This document shows, piece after piece, positions 13,110-24,596 of a stretch of 64,000 nucleotides of DNA. This stretch comes from Gnetum montanum (Eukaryota; Plantae; Gnetophyta). Positions within the stretch are counted from its first letter, which is position 1; every line of letters begins with the position of its first letter. The stretch is from the NCBI GenBank assembly GCA_015680685.1, contig MNCI01002211.1, positions 1 through 64,000 on the forward strand, given 5' to 3'. Under the pieces are notes generated by a model. The model did not search any database and was not told the origin of the DNA. It saw only the letters and a list, made by a program, of their open reading frames with translations. The translations under genes and the position numbers were made by a program.

Positions 13110-13617
13110 TGTAATGTCATGTCCCTTGTTAAGGGTGGAAACAATTGCAAATAATGTAATTAACTTTCAAATGAATGGGCACCTCATTATGAGAAGTTAT
13201 GATTATTCATGTATCCCTTGAGAAATGGTTTGACCTATGCCATTTAAGGTCGAGATTAGAGGTCGTGTTGGGCATGGAGTTGCGGAGCCAGGAGAGGCAC
13301 ATAATAGGAGCTGGATGAAGCAAGACAAGAAGGTATTGATCATCCCTTTGGTAGGATAGCCTAACCATGGTGGTAGTGCTAGATTCCTTCTAAGGCTTAA
13401 GTCACATGGGAAGATAACCCAAAGAGTGTTACAGGACTCTCTTCTATTAATATAATTTTCCTATTTTCCTTTTTTCATTCTTTAGTACCAGTTATTTATT
13501 TATTAGTTAACTCATTTATTAAATATTTATAATGTTTCTAGTATATTATCTAAGAAAGCGATGAATATGATAAATAAGCAATTACATTTTTACAACATCT
13601 AGAAACATGATGTCACA
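13110..13617 (+). repeat. 5' LTR of the chromovirus
   Basis: Colinear with 29499-29989. Confidence 0.88.
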
Positions 13618-13631
13618 TTTAGTATTGGAGC
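13618..13631 (+). promoter_or_regulatory. Degenerate PBS-Met (TTTAGTATTGGAGC vs TTTGGTATCAGAGC)
   Basis: Immediately after the LTR; three transition differences from the canonical PBS. Confidence 0.65.
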
Positions 13632-13851
13632 AAACCATGATTCAGGAACCAAAGTGGAAGAAAAACCTTATTTTATTATTATTGTTATTATAGAACACAA
13701 GTGCATTTAAGTAAAATAAAAAAATAGAAAAAAATTTTATTTTATTTTGTAACAAAAAAAAAGTGAGCAGAAGTACATCTAAGCAAGATATAGAAAAGGA
13801 AGAATAGGGGAAAGAAGCAGAATGAGAAAGATGTAAAGAAAGAAACTGTGA

Positions 13852-15840
13852 TTATTTGTTATGACCAAATGACTCTAGAATATTTATGACTATCTTTAAT
13901 TGTGATTTCCTTTCTTTAGTAGTGGCATCTATCTTACTAAGCACTACCTTGCATCTAGCTAGTTCATCACACAATTATTTGATATGCTCAGTCACACGTC
14001 TTATTGCAGCTACTAATTTCTCCTTTCTTTTAAGTTGGATCTTCAACATATCCATTTGTATTGACTAATCATCCATGTCCTTTTTCCGTTCCTTCTCCTT
14101 TCTCTGTAAAAATGAGATTTAAATTATGAGTTATGAGGAAATTAACAAAAAAAAGGGGGAAGCATTAAGAATAAAAAGAATTTTTTAAAAAAGTATTACC
14201 TGAAATCAATCATTGTCAATTTGGAGGAAGTATTCATGAGTCTCCATATAGCGAGCATAGCATGTTGCACTCCCCAACTCTTTTAAGAATTACTCTAGAT
14301 CTTTTATAGCATTTGGAGCATTCTCAGGAATTGGATGCAAAGCTGATGGAACTCCAACCTATATTAAATCATAATCTATCTTGAAGTTACATGACTAAGA
14401 CTCCCATAGATGGTAGACACCCTCATGAATAGAATAGGGTTTCTTATTAGAGATTTGCTAACTAATGCACCAAAGAAGCATGAGTTCTTCTTCAATAGCC
14501 ACCACTATCTTTCTCATCGAATAAGAAGAACTTGAGATAGAGAAAGAAGAAACCACTATAATAGACTCAAAAAATGATGTTAATGCTATTTGTGGAAGGG
14601 AACCTCTTCTAAGTGTCATAGAAAAAGAAGGCATAACTGGTGATCTTGGTGATGGAATAGGAGCTTATTCGAAAGTGGCACTTGCATCATTTCTATCCAC
14701 CTCTCAGAGAAAGTACTATTGCTCCATAGTCATCTACAACATACAAAAAATCAACATCATGCAAAGAAAAGAGGAAAGTATTCAAACCTTTAAATAACTA
14801 AAACTTACCTCTATTTTCTTTAACTTATCTTGTCTTGAACTTTCTCGAGTTTTTTGGGGTTGTTGTTGAGACTGTTGTTGGGTTTGTTGCCTTATAACTA
14901 CTAGACCGCTAGAACTTTGCCTAGTACATTACCTCTGCAAAACGAAATTTATTAAAAAAATAGATAAGACATTAAAATAAGTTAATTATATTTAAACATA
15001 TACCTTGGGAGTAGAAAGTGTGATTTTTTCTTATGGTTGAACCATACCAAAGGTAGAAGTACCTTGAACTTCTTCAACTTGTGTAGCTTCAGCACTCTAC
15101 ATCGGTTCATTCTATAACCTAGATTGCATTGTCAAATACATAAAATAAAAATAGAATCAACGAAAAAGGAAATAATAAGAACATGATAATACCTCATTGA
15201 TTTCTTCCTGATTTTGAGCATGCTGTAAAACTAGTTGACCTTTCTTAGCATCCATAATCTTACTCTTTATAACTCTCTCATCTTCGAGAAATTCAAGGAA
15301 TAACTAGGGATTGTAATAAGTAAAACATTTTTTTTGGATGGTCATAACTTAGGATCATACACTTGAACAAGGGTATGCAACATAGGATATAAGATTTGGA
15401 AGGATTTTTGTAGGCAATAGTAATTTCAATCATGGCATTATACCAGGCAGAGAAACAAGACAATGACTAGTGATAGATTCTACCAATTATGGCACCATGA
15501 AGTATGAAAATAGAATAAGAACTAAGATAGGATTTTTGTTTATACCACATAACCTTGCTACTAATAAATAGACATAAATCAAAGTGAGCTTTATTAATGA
15601 AATCTCCTTGAACAAATTGGCTTTTACCAATGGCAGAATTAGTAACATACTAAGATAATTATTTCTTACAAAAAGATTTAAATTTTGTAGAATAAGTTGA
15701 AGGAATTAAAGAATCATCTCCTTACTAAAAACCCAAGCCTACTTGAATATTAAGAAGAAGGATTGTTATTGTTCCAAAAACTAAATGGGAAGTAGAACTT
15801 GTCTTACTATTGTACTATTCACACCATTCCATAAGAACGT
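13852..15840 (-). pseudogene. Five-exon decayed accessory gene antisense to the chromovirus (possible Transposase_32-like N-terminal domain, low-complexity middle, coiled-coil C-terminus); 5' end truncated
   Basis: Four U-rich GT-AG introns: 15192-15119 (74 nt), 15003-14935 (69), 14808-14734 (75, GAG|GTAAGT) and 14199-14104 (96). Exons read e.g. QHAQNQEEINE / EATQVEEVQGTST / RQQTQQQSQQQPQKTRESSRQDKLKKIE / APIPSPRSPVMPS / RKEKERKKDMDD*SIQMDMLKIQLKRKEKL...ESFGHNK*. Confidence 0.75.
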
Positions 15841-16831
15841 TGTTGCAATGAGAGAGTTTAAAAATAGGGAAAATAAGTAAATCAGTTAACCTAGGAGAGG
15901 TTAGGTACTGGAAACCTTCCTTCCCAAGTGATGAGTAGCTAGGTACCTCTACGCCCAACCATACGAATCATAGGCGTTCACATGCGACTTGGTTGAATTT
16001 CATAGACTGTAAGCACTTAACATACACCAAACCCTAACTAGCAAAACCTTGGGTTAGAACAGTCGTTGTCTTCCTAATCTCACTTTTGATGTTCTATTTG
16101 TGATGGTTAAGTGAGATTAAGGCTAATGATTTTTATAGCTTTTTACTTTATCTTTTGGCATCTAATTAAAGTATGGAAAGTATGGAATGAACTATTATCT
16201 AATCTATGATTATCCTAATTTGTATTCTAACTATTCCTAGCATAAGTATTTGATCCCATCTTTTGAGCATGTTTTGAGCATCCCCTAAACACTACTGGGT
16301 TACCAGACATTAAGCATCACTAGGGTACCAAGTGTTGGGGTTTACGTTCGAGATGGTTGTACTTATGGCCTTTACGAACTATAAAGGAGTGACAATGATT
16401 AAAATAACAATAATAGAAACTTAAGTAATTATCAAAGCATAAACATATTAAACTATTGAATGCATTAAATGGCTAAGTCCAAATGCTGCAAGGAATTCTC
16501 AAAGAGTTCACCTTTATTACTGTCACGCTAATGGGCTCAGATACATCAATGCTCGAATAAAGAGCCAGTCACTTTTTTTACACCTACTGCGGGCACTTGG
16601 AAAATATTCTATCTCCTGCGGGAACAAACTGCAAGAGCTTGGCTACAATTGAAAAAAGGTATGTAAATGAGGCAGAAGGCCCTCTTATTTATAGGTTGAA
16701 ATAGGCTCCATGTAAATGGGGCCACATCAACGCATGGAAGGTTGTGTTGATAGGGTCATGTTAATGGGGCTACGTCAACACGGCCGCGTATAGGTGGCCT
16801 TGTCGACGCATTGACTAATGACACTTCATCA
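15841..16831 (-). repeat. 3' LTR of the Athila-like element
   Basis: Minus strand TGATG...GCAACA, preceded by the PPT-like GTGGAGGTA. TATA (CCTATAAATA) at ~16686-16695. No partner LTR in the window. Confidence 0.6.
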
Positions 16832-16976
16832 TACCTCCACGACTAAGTAAAAACTCATCCTCGAGTTACTCTACAATTTGGAAGGTATGGGATTTTATTT
16901 ACAATGCACATGACTTGACACACACATGACACAACATCAATTTTACCAAGTGCCTGAATTATAGAGAAGGAAAAGT

Positions 16977-19922
16977 TACAAAATGGTGGTGTTCAGAGAC
17001 AAAATTGAACACCTTGCCGATCATGGAGTCTCTATCGTGAAGAAGGATGCAAAAATTATCAGCAAAGATCACACTGTCCTTAGGAGCAGTGGTTCTAATG
17101 GACCTTCACCAATCACTGGCCCATGCAATGGCGGTGGCATGAATGATGGTTGTACCACAACAGCTGCAACTTGTGGAGTCTACCAGAAAGCCTCCAAGAG
17201 AGCCCTCATTTTTTCCTCTTTGCTTCTAGGATCATTCACTTTCCAGGTAGCTTTACCGATGTGTGCTGGAACTGGAACCTCCCAAGGGCATGGCAGTGTT
17301 GGGAAGAGTTCTTTCAGGTTGACAAACTAGGCTGCGAACTACTTTCGTTTGATGTCGAATGCTCGAATTGATGCATGCAGCTGCTAGTAGTCATTCATCC
17401 GATGATCCAAGTTCTCCGCGACTACACGTTGTCCTTCAAAGCTCATGTGGAGGACCTCGAGTTCCACGTTAGCTATTTCCAATTTCTACTTCATCACTTT
17501 GTGTGCTTGGAACTCACCCTTCTATAAAGAGTACGAGGCAGCCACTTGCTTTTCCAATTCTGACCATGGTCTCCCAGCTGTGAGCATAGCCAGGTTTGCA
17601 TAGCGTAGGTTGGCAAGCTCCATATATTCTGTCATCTCCTCAATCTGTAGCTCCTTGAGGTGGATTTTAGCCTAATTATATACATTCAACCTATCAAAGA
17701 TAGCTTGCCATACTTTGCCTCCTTCTTAGAGCTGCTAGAGCAGTTGGTTTAGCTTGTCCTTTGTGACTTGAATCTATTTTTCATTTACTTCCTTCTGTAA
17801 TCCCACTTGGTCCCTATAATGATTTTTGATGTTTTCAAATTTTAGGGTCTCATTCTTCCAAGCAACGATTTCAATTGCAGATTTCTATCGTAACACCCGA
17901 GCCTCCTCCATTGACAGATTTCGGTTCTCAGTAGCCAAACTTCTTACGTCAGCATTCACCCTAGCTAGTTCGTCTTGCTATTGGTGGATAAAATTTTTCA
18001 TGTGTTCATTTTCTGCACCAACATTGCGCAGGCGATGAACCTCTGCAATCAACCTAATGTTCTCCTAGCGAACCTCTGCTAAGTCCTTTTCTAAATGATA
18101 TGACTGAGCATCTGCCAAGGCCTTATCAAAGATCACCGACTCTCGCTCATCCTCAACTATTTGAAGTTTAGTCTGAAGTTGTTGAAAAGATTCATCTCTA
18201 GTGAGCTCACGGTTGAGAAGAGTTGGATCAGCAAGTTGGGCTCTTAACTGGCTGACTTCCGTTGTCAAACATTGACAAGTGGCTTGAGTAACTTTAAGTT
18301 ACCCTTCCAAAATAAGGCTCTTACCCCTTGCCGATAGCAGCTCTGACTAGGTTGCAGTGATGTTATCTGGAAGATCAAAGACATCCAGAAGCAGTTTCCC
18401 AGCTCCTACCAGTCGATCCAATAGTTCTTTGTGTTGGGCTACATCAATCCTGCTACGTGAAGTTCCGGTAGATGCTTGTACATCTTAAAGTCAATGAATG
18501 TCTAGTATAGGTGCTGCTAGTGCATTGAGAGTTGTAGCAATTGTATCAACAACCACTTCGGCTACAATCTCCTATCCTTGTTGCTACATCACCAAGACTG
18601 TTTCCCCTTCACCATCTTCCAAGAGTACCGAAAAGGTAGCAACATTTCTAGAAATTTCTGGAAATAACTGTTGTGTGGATACTATCACCTCTCGGACACT
18701 AGGATCTGTTCGTGCAGGCACTTGCATTTAGGCTACAGAGAACATCAACCTTGCTCTTTCAAGCAAGCTAACTGATTAAGCCACTTGCTCCAGGTGGCTC
18801 ATTGCAGGGCGATAGACCAAAGGGTCTTCTCCTCCACCAGTCTTGCCAGATTGCTCTTGCTAGCTCAAGAGCATTTTTCGAATTTTGTGAATGTGTTCTG
18901 CAATGGTTTGCGAACCTGACCTTGTTGTTTGTGTAGCTAGTGGAGGTGGTTGCTTCTCCTCCTCTATCTGTGTGGTGGCAGGAGTTTTATCCTTCATCAT
19001 TTCCCACCAAGAGGCAATCGAGGCATGCTAGATTATATCATTGGAGTACCATGCTATCCTTTCCCATTTGCACAACTTCTAGATTAGGCAGGGAAAGGGG
19101 AGAGCCCATCTTCCACATTCGCTTTCAGCAAACCTCTTTTCAATATCCAAGAATAATAGTTGTGGAAGACTCATTGGGAATTTCCCACTCAAGGCAACAC
19201 ACACACAAGTGGAGAAGGCTATGATTTTGCTAGGTCTTACTGTTGGGTTTAAATGGTAAGATGTGATCTTTGAGTACACCTTCTTCACCATGGTCAAAGA
19301 GACGAATCCTTTGCGTTCTACTCCATAGCACCATTTGGTCCATTCCACTTTTACCTCTGGGTTGGCTTGTTTTGGAATCTCCACCACATCTGCTCCAGTC
19401 TCGAGCAACCCCAGAGCCTGCACTATTGCCTCTGAAGAGTAAGAGACATAAATGTCTTTGATTCTTACTCTGGACCCTGGTTGCCAATTCATCTAGAAGA
19501 GATAGGTCTCTCCTAACTACCATTCACCACTAGTTGTGATGATTGGCCACATCAGAGAGTTTTGTAGTTGAAGCCTCACATCTTCTAGAGCATTCTCAAG
19601 GAATGGTCCAAAGTTTAGCTCTTGGAGAACCATCTGTTGCACTTCGTGCGGCTTGATAGCATCAAGATAGGCCTAGGTCAGGGTGACCTCAAGCCGTGGT
19701 GCTATCCAAAGAGTCTCATCCCCTTGCAATTGCTCGCTGGGAATCTCCTCTTCGGGAATCTGATGGACAGATTCCACATTAGGTCCTTCATAGAGGGGGC
19801 CAGTTACATGAGAGCCCTCTACGTGCTCTAGCTATTGCATGCCTCATCCCCTTTTGGTGTGGGTGCTTGTCCCTCGATTGTGATGGTCCTTCACTCCTTG
19901 GATGCCTCGAATTGGGTGCCAT
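16977..19922 (-). pseudogene. Athila-type extra ORF (ORF2/'env-like'; Transposase_32-like domain plus long coiled coil), ~980 codons, decayed
   Basis: Starts MAPNSRHPRSEGPSQ. WQPGSRVRIKDIYVSYSSEAIVQALGL...LPFPCLI (19079-19492) resembles the VRGxxVxFSxxxIxxxLGL/LPFPxLI motifs. Heptad-rich EVSQLRAQLAD...LQTKLQIVEDERE. Confidence 0.7.
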
Positions 19923-20348
19923 CTGCAATCAAACATAACCACCCATTAGACCGTGCATAAGTAGCTCAAGATGGTCCTTATACACCTTCTCAGTTTGACT
20001 AAGTTATGTTGTTGGCATGGGCATTCCATTAAGTCTCCCGGAGTGTTAATTCATGGGTTAGAGGCACAAACAATAAGGGATGAGTTGAAGTTTAAATAGT
20101 TGTTTTTGTTTCTTCCCTTAGAGGTGCGAAGTCTTAATTAACTATCTGATTAATTAATTAATTAATTACACATAGGCTTCACCCCCCTCCAAGACTAAGA
20201 GCATACCTCCAGTTGCTTAAAAGGGCAAAGATCGATTGATGCGAACGTGCGATAGAACGTAGGTGTTGAGGAAAGAGTTAGGTAGAAAAAATTGCAAAAA
20301 CTCCCCCTAATTTGGATTCCAAATGATGAAAAATGTGAAGTGCAATGA

Positions 20349-20362
20349 CCCTATATATAGGG
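20349..20362 (-). promoter_or_regulatory. Putative internal TATA box for the extra ORF (palindrome CCCTATATATAGGG)
   Basis: Upstream of a leader exon, a GAG|GTATGC donor (20206) and a TTGCAG|ATG acceptor (19923). Confidence 0.55.
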
Positions 20363-21999
20363 ATTGGACACTACATCGATGGGACTGAGTATATGTGACC
20401 GCGTATACGTAGGGGTGTGCACACGTTGACCAACATTGACCAACATCAAATTGGGGCGGTTGAAGCACGTGAGAGGCCCGGTCATGGCTAACGATAGGAG
20501 GAAGGTAATCAGAGCTCGAAAAAGAGTCAAAAATAGGAGAATGTGATGCAAAAGAACTCTGCAGGGAAGAAATCGAGCGATGGGACCCTGAAAATAATGA
20601 ACCACGAAATCCAAAGGATGGGAGACTTAACAAGCGGGACCAAGAATATGCAGGTGGGTCCTCCCCATAGTAGGCAATGGCCTTAGTAGACCCTGTATAT
20701 TGTCAACATTGAGGCCCATGGGCCTCAAGGCCAAGAAATGGTATTCGCGAGCTAATACTCCTACCCAAGAGATCCCTCCAAGGCATGAAAAGCCCATGGA
20801 AACCACGGTGAACTTTTGCAACATAAGATGGGTAGTGAGGTGAGTTACGGAGAGAAATGGGTGAAGAGAGAGACCAGAAAATGGAAATTCTGATCGTTGG
20901 TCACATAAGATCCCATGTGCAATTGTGATTAAATGACCCAGTAGAACCTTTCCTAAGTTCAGACCCAAAACCATCCACATATAGTGACATCGAAGCAACA
21001 AACGAAGCCCTAGCCATCCCCCAAGGAGGTAGGAATGCACCCACAGAGAACCACCACTCCAACAAACGTGAGAGGAAGGAAGTAAAATGGGACAAAGTTA
21101 GAGGGGATGAAGGAAGTCCCATAACTAGTTCTTATGGCCCGTGAGAGGCAATCTAAGGGGTGTGTTTTGAATTCCCACATAGTGAGGTCATGACTTTTTT
21201 TTTGTGGGAACCACACCATGCAAAGACCCATGCGTGTTCGCATGCATTAGACCAAGGGGTGTGTTTGAATCCTCATGTTTGTTTGTTTTTTTTTCTTTTT
21301 ATTTTTCTATTTTTTTCGGTGAGGACCACACTATGCAAGGTCGAATTACCCAAGAGTTTCCTTGGAGAGAAGAACGTGGAGTGGTAGGAAATCCGTAAGG
21401 ACACACCAGCAACCCAAGGGATAGGAGAGAGTGACGAATGTTACATTTCCCTTGAAGCCAAACCTGATTCAAACCATTGGGTCATCCCTGAGTCTGGGAA
21501 CTACACAAGTCACACATTAATTACAATGTTTTTAAGTGAAGGTGTTGCATGTTCTCAATAGAAGAAAAACCATGGAGTGGGTGAATGGATGGATGACATG
21601 GACTCACTGCTGATTTTATGAGCTGAAAATAGATGTAAAGTCCAAAGACAACCATGCGAGTGCGAGAGCTAGATAACTAGGTGGACTATTGTACATTATC
21701 ATTCGCAAAGAAAAACATCTGCGTTAGACACCTGATGATAATAAGATGACGTATTAGTGATCATGTGAAAAATGAAACACACAAAGAAACGAAAAATAAT
21801 TAAAGAAAGGAAAAAATTAACAAGAATTAGCAAACATATGAACGATGTTGAAAAAAAAAGTGTAAAACAAAAAAGTGTAAAAATAGTGAGGGTGTAGTGG
21901 AATGGATTAGCAGGGATGAAGGTCTCCCCCACAACTGGGTGGAAAGGAGGAGATGCGAAAAATGAAGCAAGGCTTTCCTAGTGATGATGGGGCGGTATC

Positions 22000-24596
22000 A
22001 CTGGTTGAGTGGAGTTCATAGAAAGGTTTTAGTTGTTGGCGGTTGACTAACTACGTTCTGGTGGGGTCCTCAGGTTTGTGGATAAGCAAGGCCCTGGATG
22101 GGAAGGTTTCAGAGACAATGTAAGGTCCCTCTCACAATGTTTGAAACTTGGTTGATTGAGATACATGTGAGGGGTTCCAATACGACACCTTGTCTTCACA
22201 TCTAAATGTGACCTTTCGAATCCTAAGATCATGTCATTTTTTGTTGTAGGCTTTGTGGATCTCATTTGAAGATAGGGCCACTAATCGGTTCTCATCTAGC
22301 ACACTTAAATTGATAAGTCATTCACGTTGTGCTAGTGGGAGGTCAAGGCCTAAGTCAGTAGCAGTGGATAGTGTGCGAAGTTTGGCCTAAATTGAAAGTG
22401 TTGGTAACTTTCCATACACTAACTCATAGGGAGAGTACCCTACAGGGAGTTTCCAAGTGGAGCGATAGGCCCATAGGGCATCGTTAAGTTTGGTACTCCA
22501 ATCCCTCCTATATTTGCTAATGGTTTAGGTAAGGATCTTGGTGATCTCCTTATTGGTGACTTCGACCTGCCCGTTGGCTTGGGGGTGATAGGGTGTTGTA
22601 AATTTATGGGTGACCCCCAAGTGTTGCATGAGTTTTCGAAAAGTGACACCCATGAAATGAGTCCCATTATCTAAAATGAGTACATGTGGCACTCCAAACC
22701 TATTGATGATTTTTTTTTGGACAAATCATGTGGCGGTGTTGGAAGAACAGTTGATGATGGTTGCCACTTTTGCCCACTTTGTAAAGTAGTCCACAGCTAC
22801 GATGATTTATGCCTTTTCATTTGACAGGGGAGTGATGGATCCACTATTGAGGTCCCTCCATCCATGCTGTCATCCCACCATCTTTTTGGCATCGTTCGCA
22901 GGAGCAGGCAAACCATTGTGCATCCTTGAAAATTATGGGCCTATAATACCCTGCAAGTAGGATCTTAATGGCTGTGTGACATCTAGCATACTGGCCCCCA
23001 CAAGGACCCTCGTGAGCATCTTGGAGGATGTGCAGTGTATTGTCATAAGGGACACACCATCGAACCAAGCCATCTACGCACACCTTATAAAGGTGGCTGT
23101 TGATTTCCGTAAAATGCTTGGCCTTATGGAGAAACTATTGTTTCTACGGATGGTTCCACTCCTTTGGAAACTCTTGGGTTGTGAGGTAGGTGAGGATGTG
23201 ATTGAACCAAGGGGATTCCTTGGGCATTTGCAGATTGACTACACTTGCGAAGAGGAGTTCATCTGGAAATTGGTCGGAGAGGGGCTCCTCCTCTTCTACG
23301 TCATCCCATCGTAATCGAGAAAAGTGGTCAACCACCACATTCTCAGTCCCCTTCCGATCTACCATGGTGAGATCAAACTCCTAAAGGATCACCAGCCACC
23401 GAATGATGCAGGGGCTCACAGTTGGTTTGTTCATCAGGAACTGAATAGCACTATGCTCAGTATGCATGAACACCTTGTATCTGAGCACATAGTGTCAAAA
23501 TTTTTCCAAGGTGAACACCACTATCATTAACTCGTTTTCGGTGGTGATGTAGTTAAGCTAAGCACCCACAGTGCTACAGCTTGCATAGTGGATATAGTAT
23601 GGACGTTTTTGATCATCACACTTTGTAAGCATGGCTCCCAAGGCATAATTAGATGCATCCATCATGATGTGGAAGGGCCTAGACCAATCAGGTGCCCGTA
23701 GAACTAGAGTTTCTATGAGTCTATTTAAGCAATTGGAATGCAGATTCACATTCCTTGGTCTAGATGGATGAAGCATCCTTCTTTGTAAGTTCTACCAATG
23801 GCTTGGTGATCTTCGAGAAGTTTTCAATGAAGCGCCAGTAGTAACCAGTGTGGCCAAGGAATGACCAAACATCTTTTACGATGCTTAGTTGGTGGGTGAT
23901 TCCTTGGATGATCCTGATCTTTTCAGGATCCACACTAATCCCTGTCTATGAGATGCGATGCCCTAGCATAATTCCTTCTTGGACCATCAAATGGCTTTTC
24001 TACCAATTGAGCCACAGATTAGTGTCTACACACCTTTTCAGAACTTGCTTAAGATGGTCCAAGGCTTGCTCGAACGTGGCCCCATAGGTAGAGAAGTCAT
24101 CCATGAAGACTTCTACCCCATTGCCAATCTATTGCTGGAAGATGCTGAGGATAAGGCATTGGAACGTGGTAGGCGCATTACATAGGCCAAAAGGCATCTT
24201 CTTGTATGCAAAAGTCCCCCATGGACTTGTGAAAGTTATTTTGGCTTGGTCCTCTAGTGCTATTTGGATTTGATTATAACCACTATAACCATTCAAAAAG
24301 TTGTAATAGCGGTGCCCTGCAATGGTGTTCAGCACCTGGTCCAAAAATGGGAGCGAGAAGTGATCCTTGAAGGTAGCCATGTTGAGCAAGCAGAAATCAA
24401 TACAGATCCTCCATTTGTTACCTTTCTTTGGCACAATAACAAGTGGGCTAACCCATTCGCTATCGACAATAGAATAGATGAACCTTGCCTTTAGCAACTG
24501 CTCGATTTCATCTTTGACGACCTACTTCAGTGTGGGGTTCAATCGTCTTTGTGGCTATCATCGTGGCTTTATGGAGGGGTCAATATAGATCTGATG
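22000..24596 (-). pseudogene. pol: Ty3 pol (RT-RNase H-integrase), Athila-like
   Basis: DSEWVSPLVIVPKKGNKWRICIDF, KDHFSLPFLDQ, GYSGYNQIQIA, PFGLCNAP, APDWSRPFHIMMDASNYALGA, DRKGTENVVVDH, HEGPCGG...CERCQ. Confidence 0.92.

Larger units (their letters stand above)
15841..24596 (-). mobile_element. Athila-like (non-chromovirus) Ty3 element, 5' half missing
   Basis: 3' LTR at 15841-16831, long extra ORF, and RT-RH-INT on the minus strand without an archaeal-type RNase H. Breaks off upstream of RT at ~24596. Confidence 0.8.

Noticed and set aside
13178-13360. Similar short ORFs in paired repeats (29503-29748; 4750-5070 with 8571-8945; 39196-39435 with 55611-55817; 221-448 with 48343-48549)
   Set aside because: They reflect LTR duplication; starts and stops are not conserved.
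16983-17371. Plus-strand ORFs here and at 23979-24494, 56229-56627 and 61961-62314
   Set aside because: Antisense shadows of minus-strand TE coding sequence.
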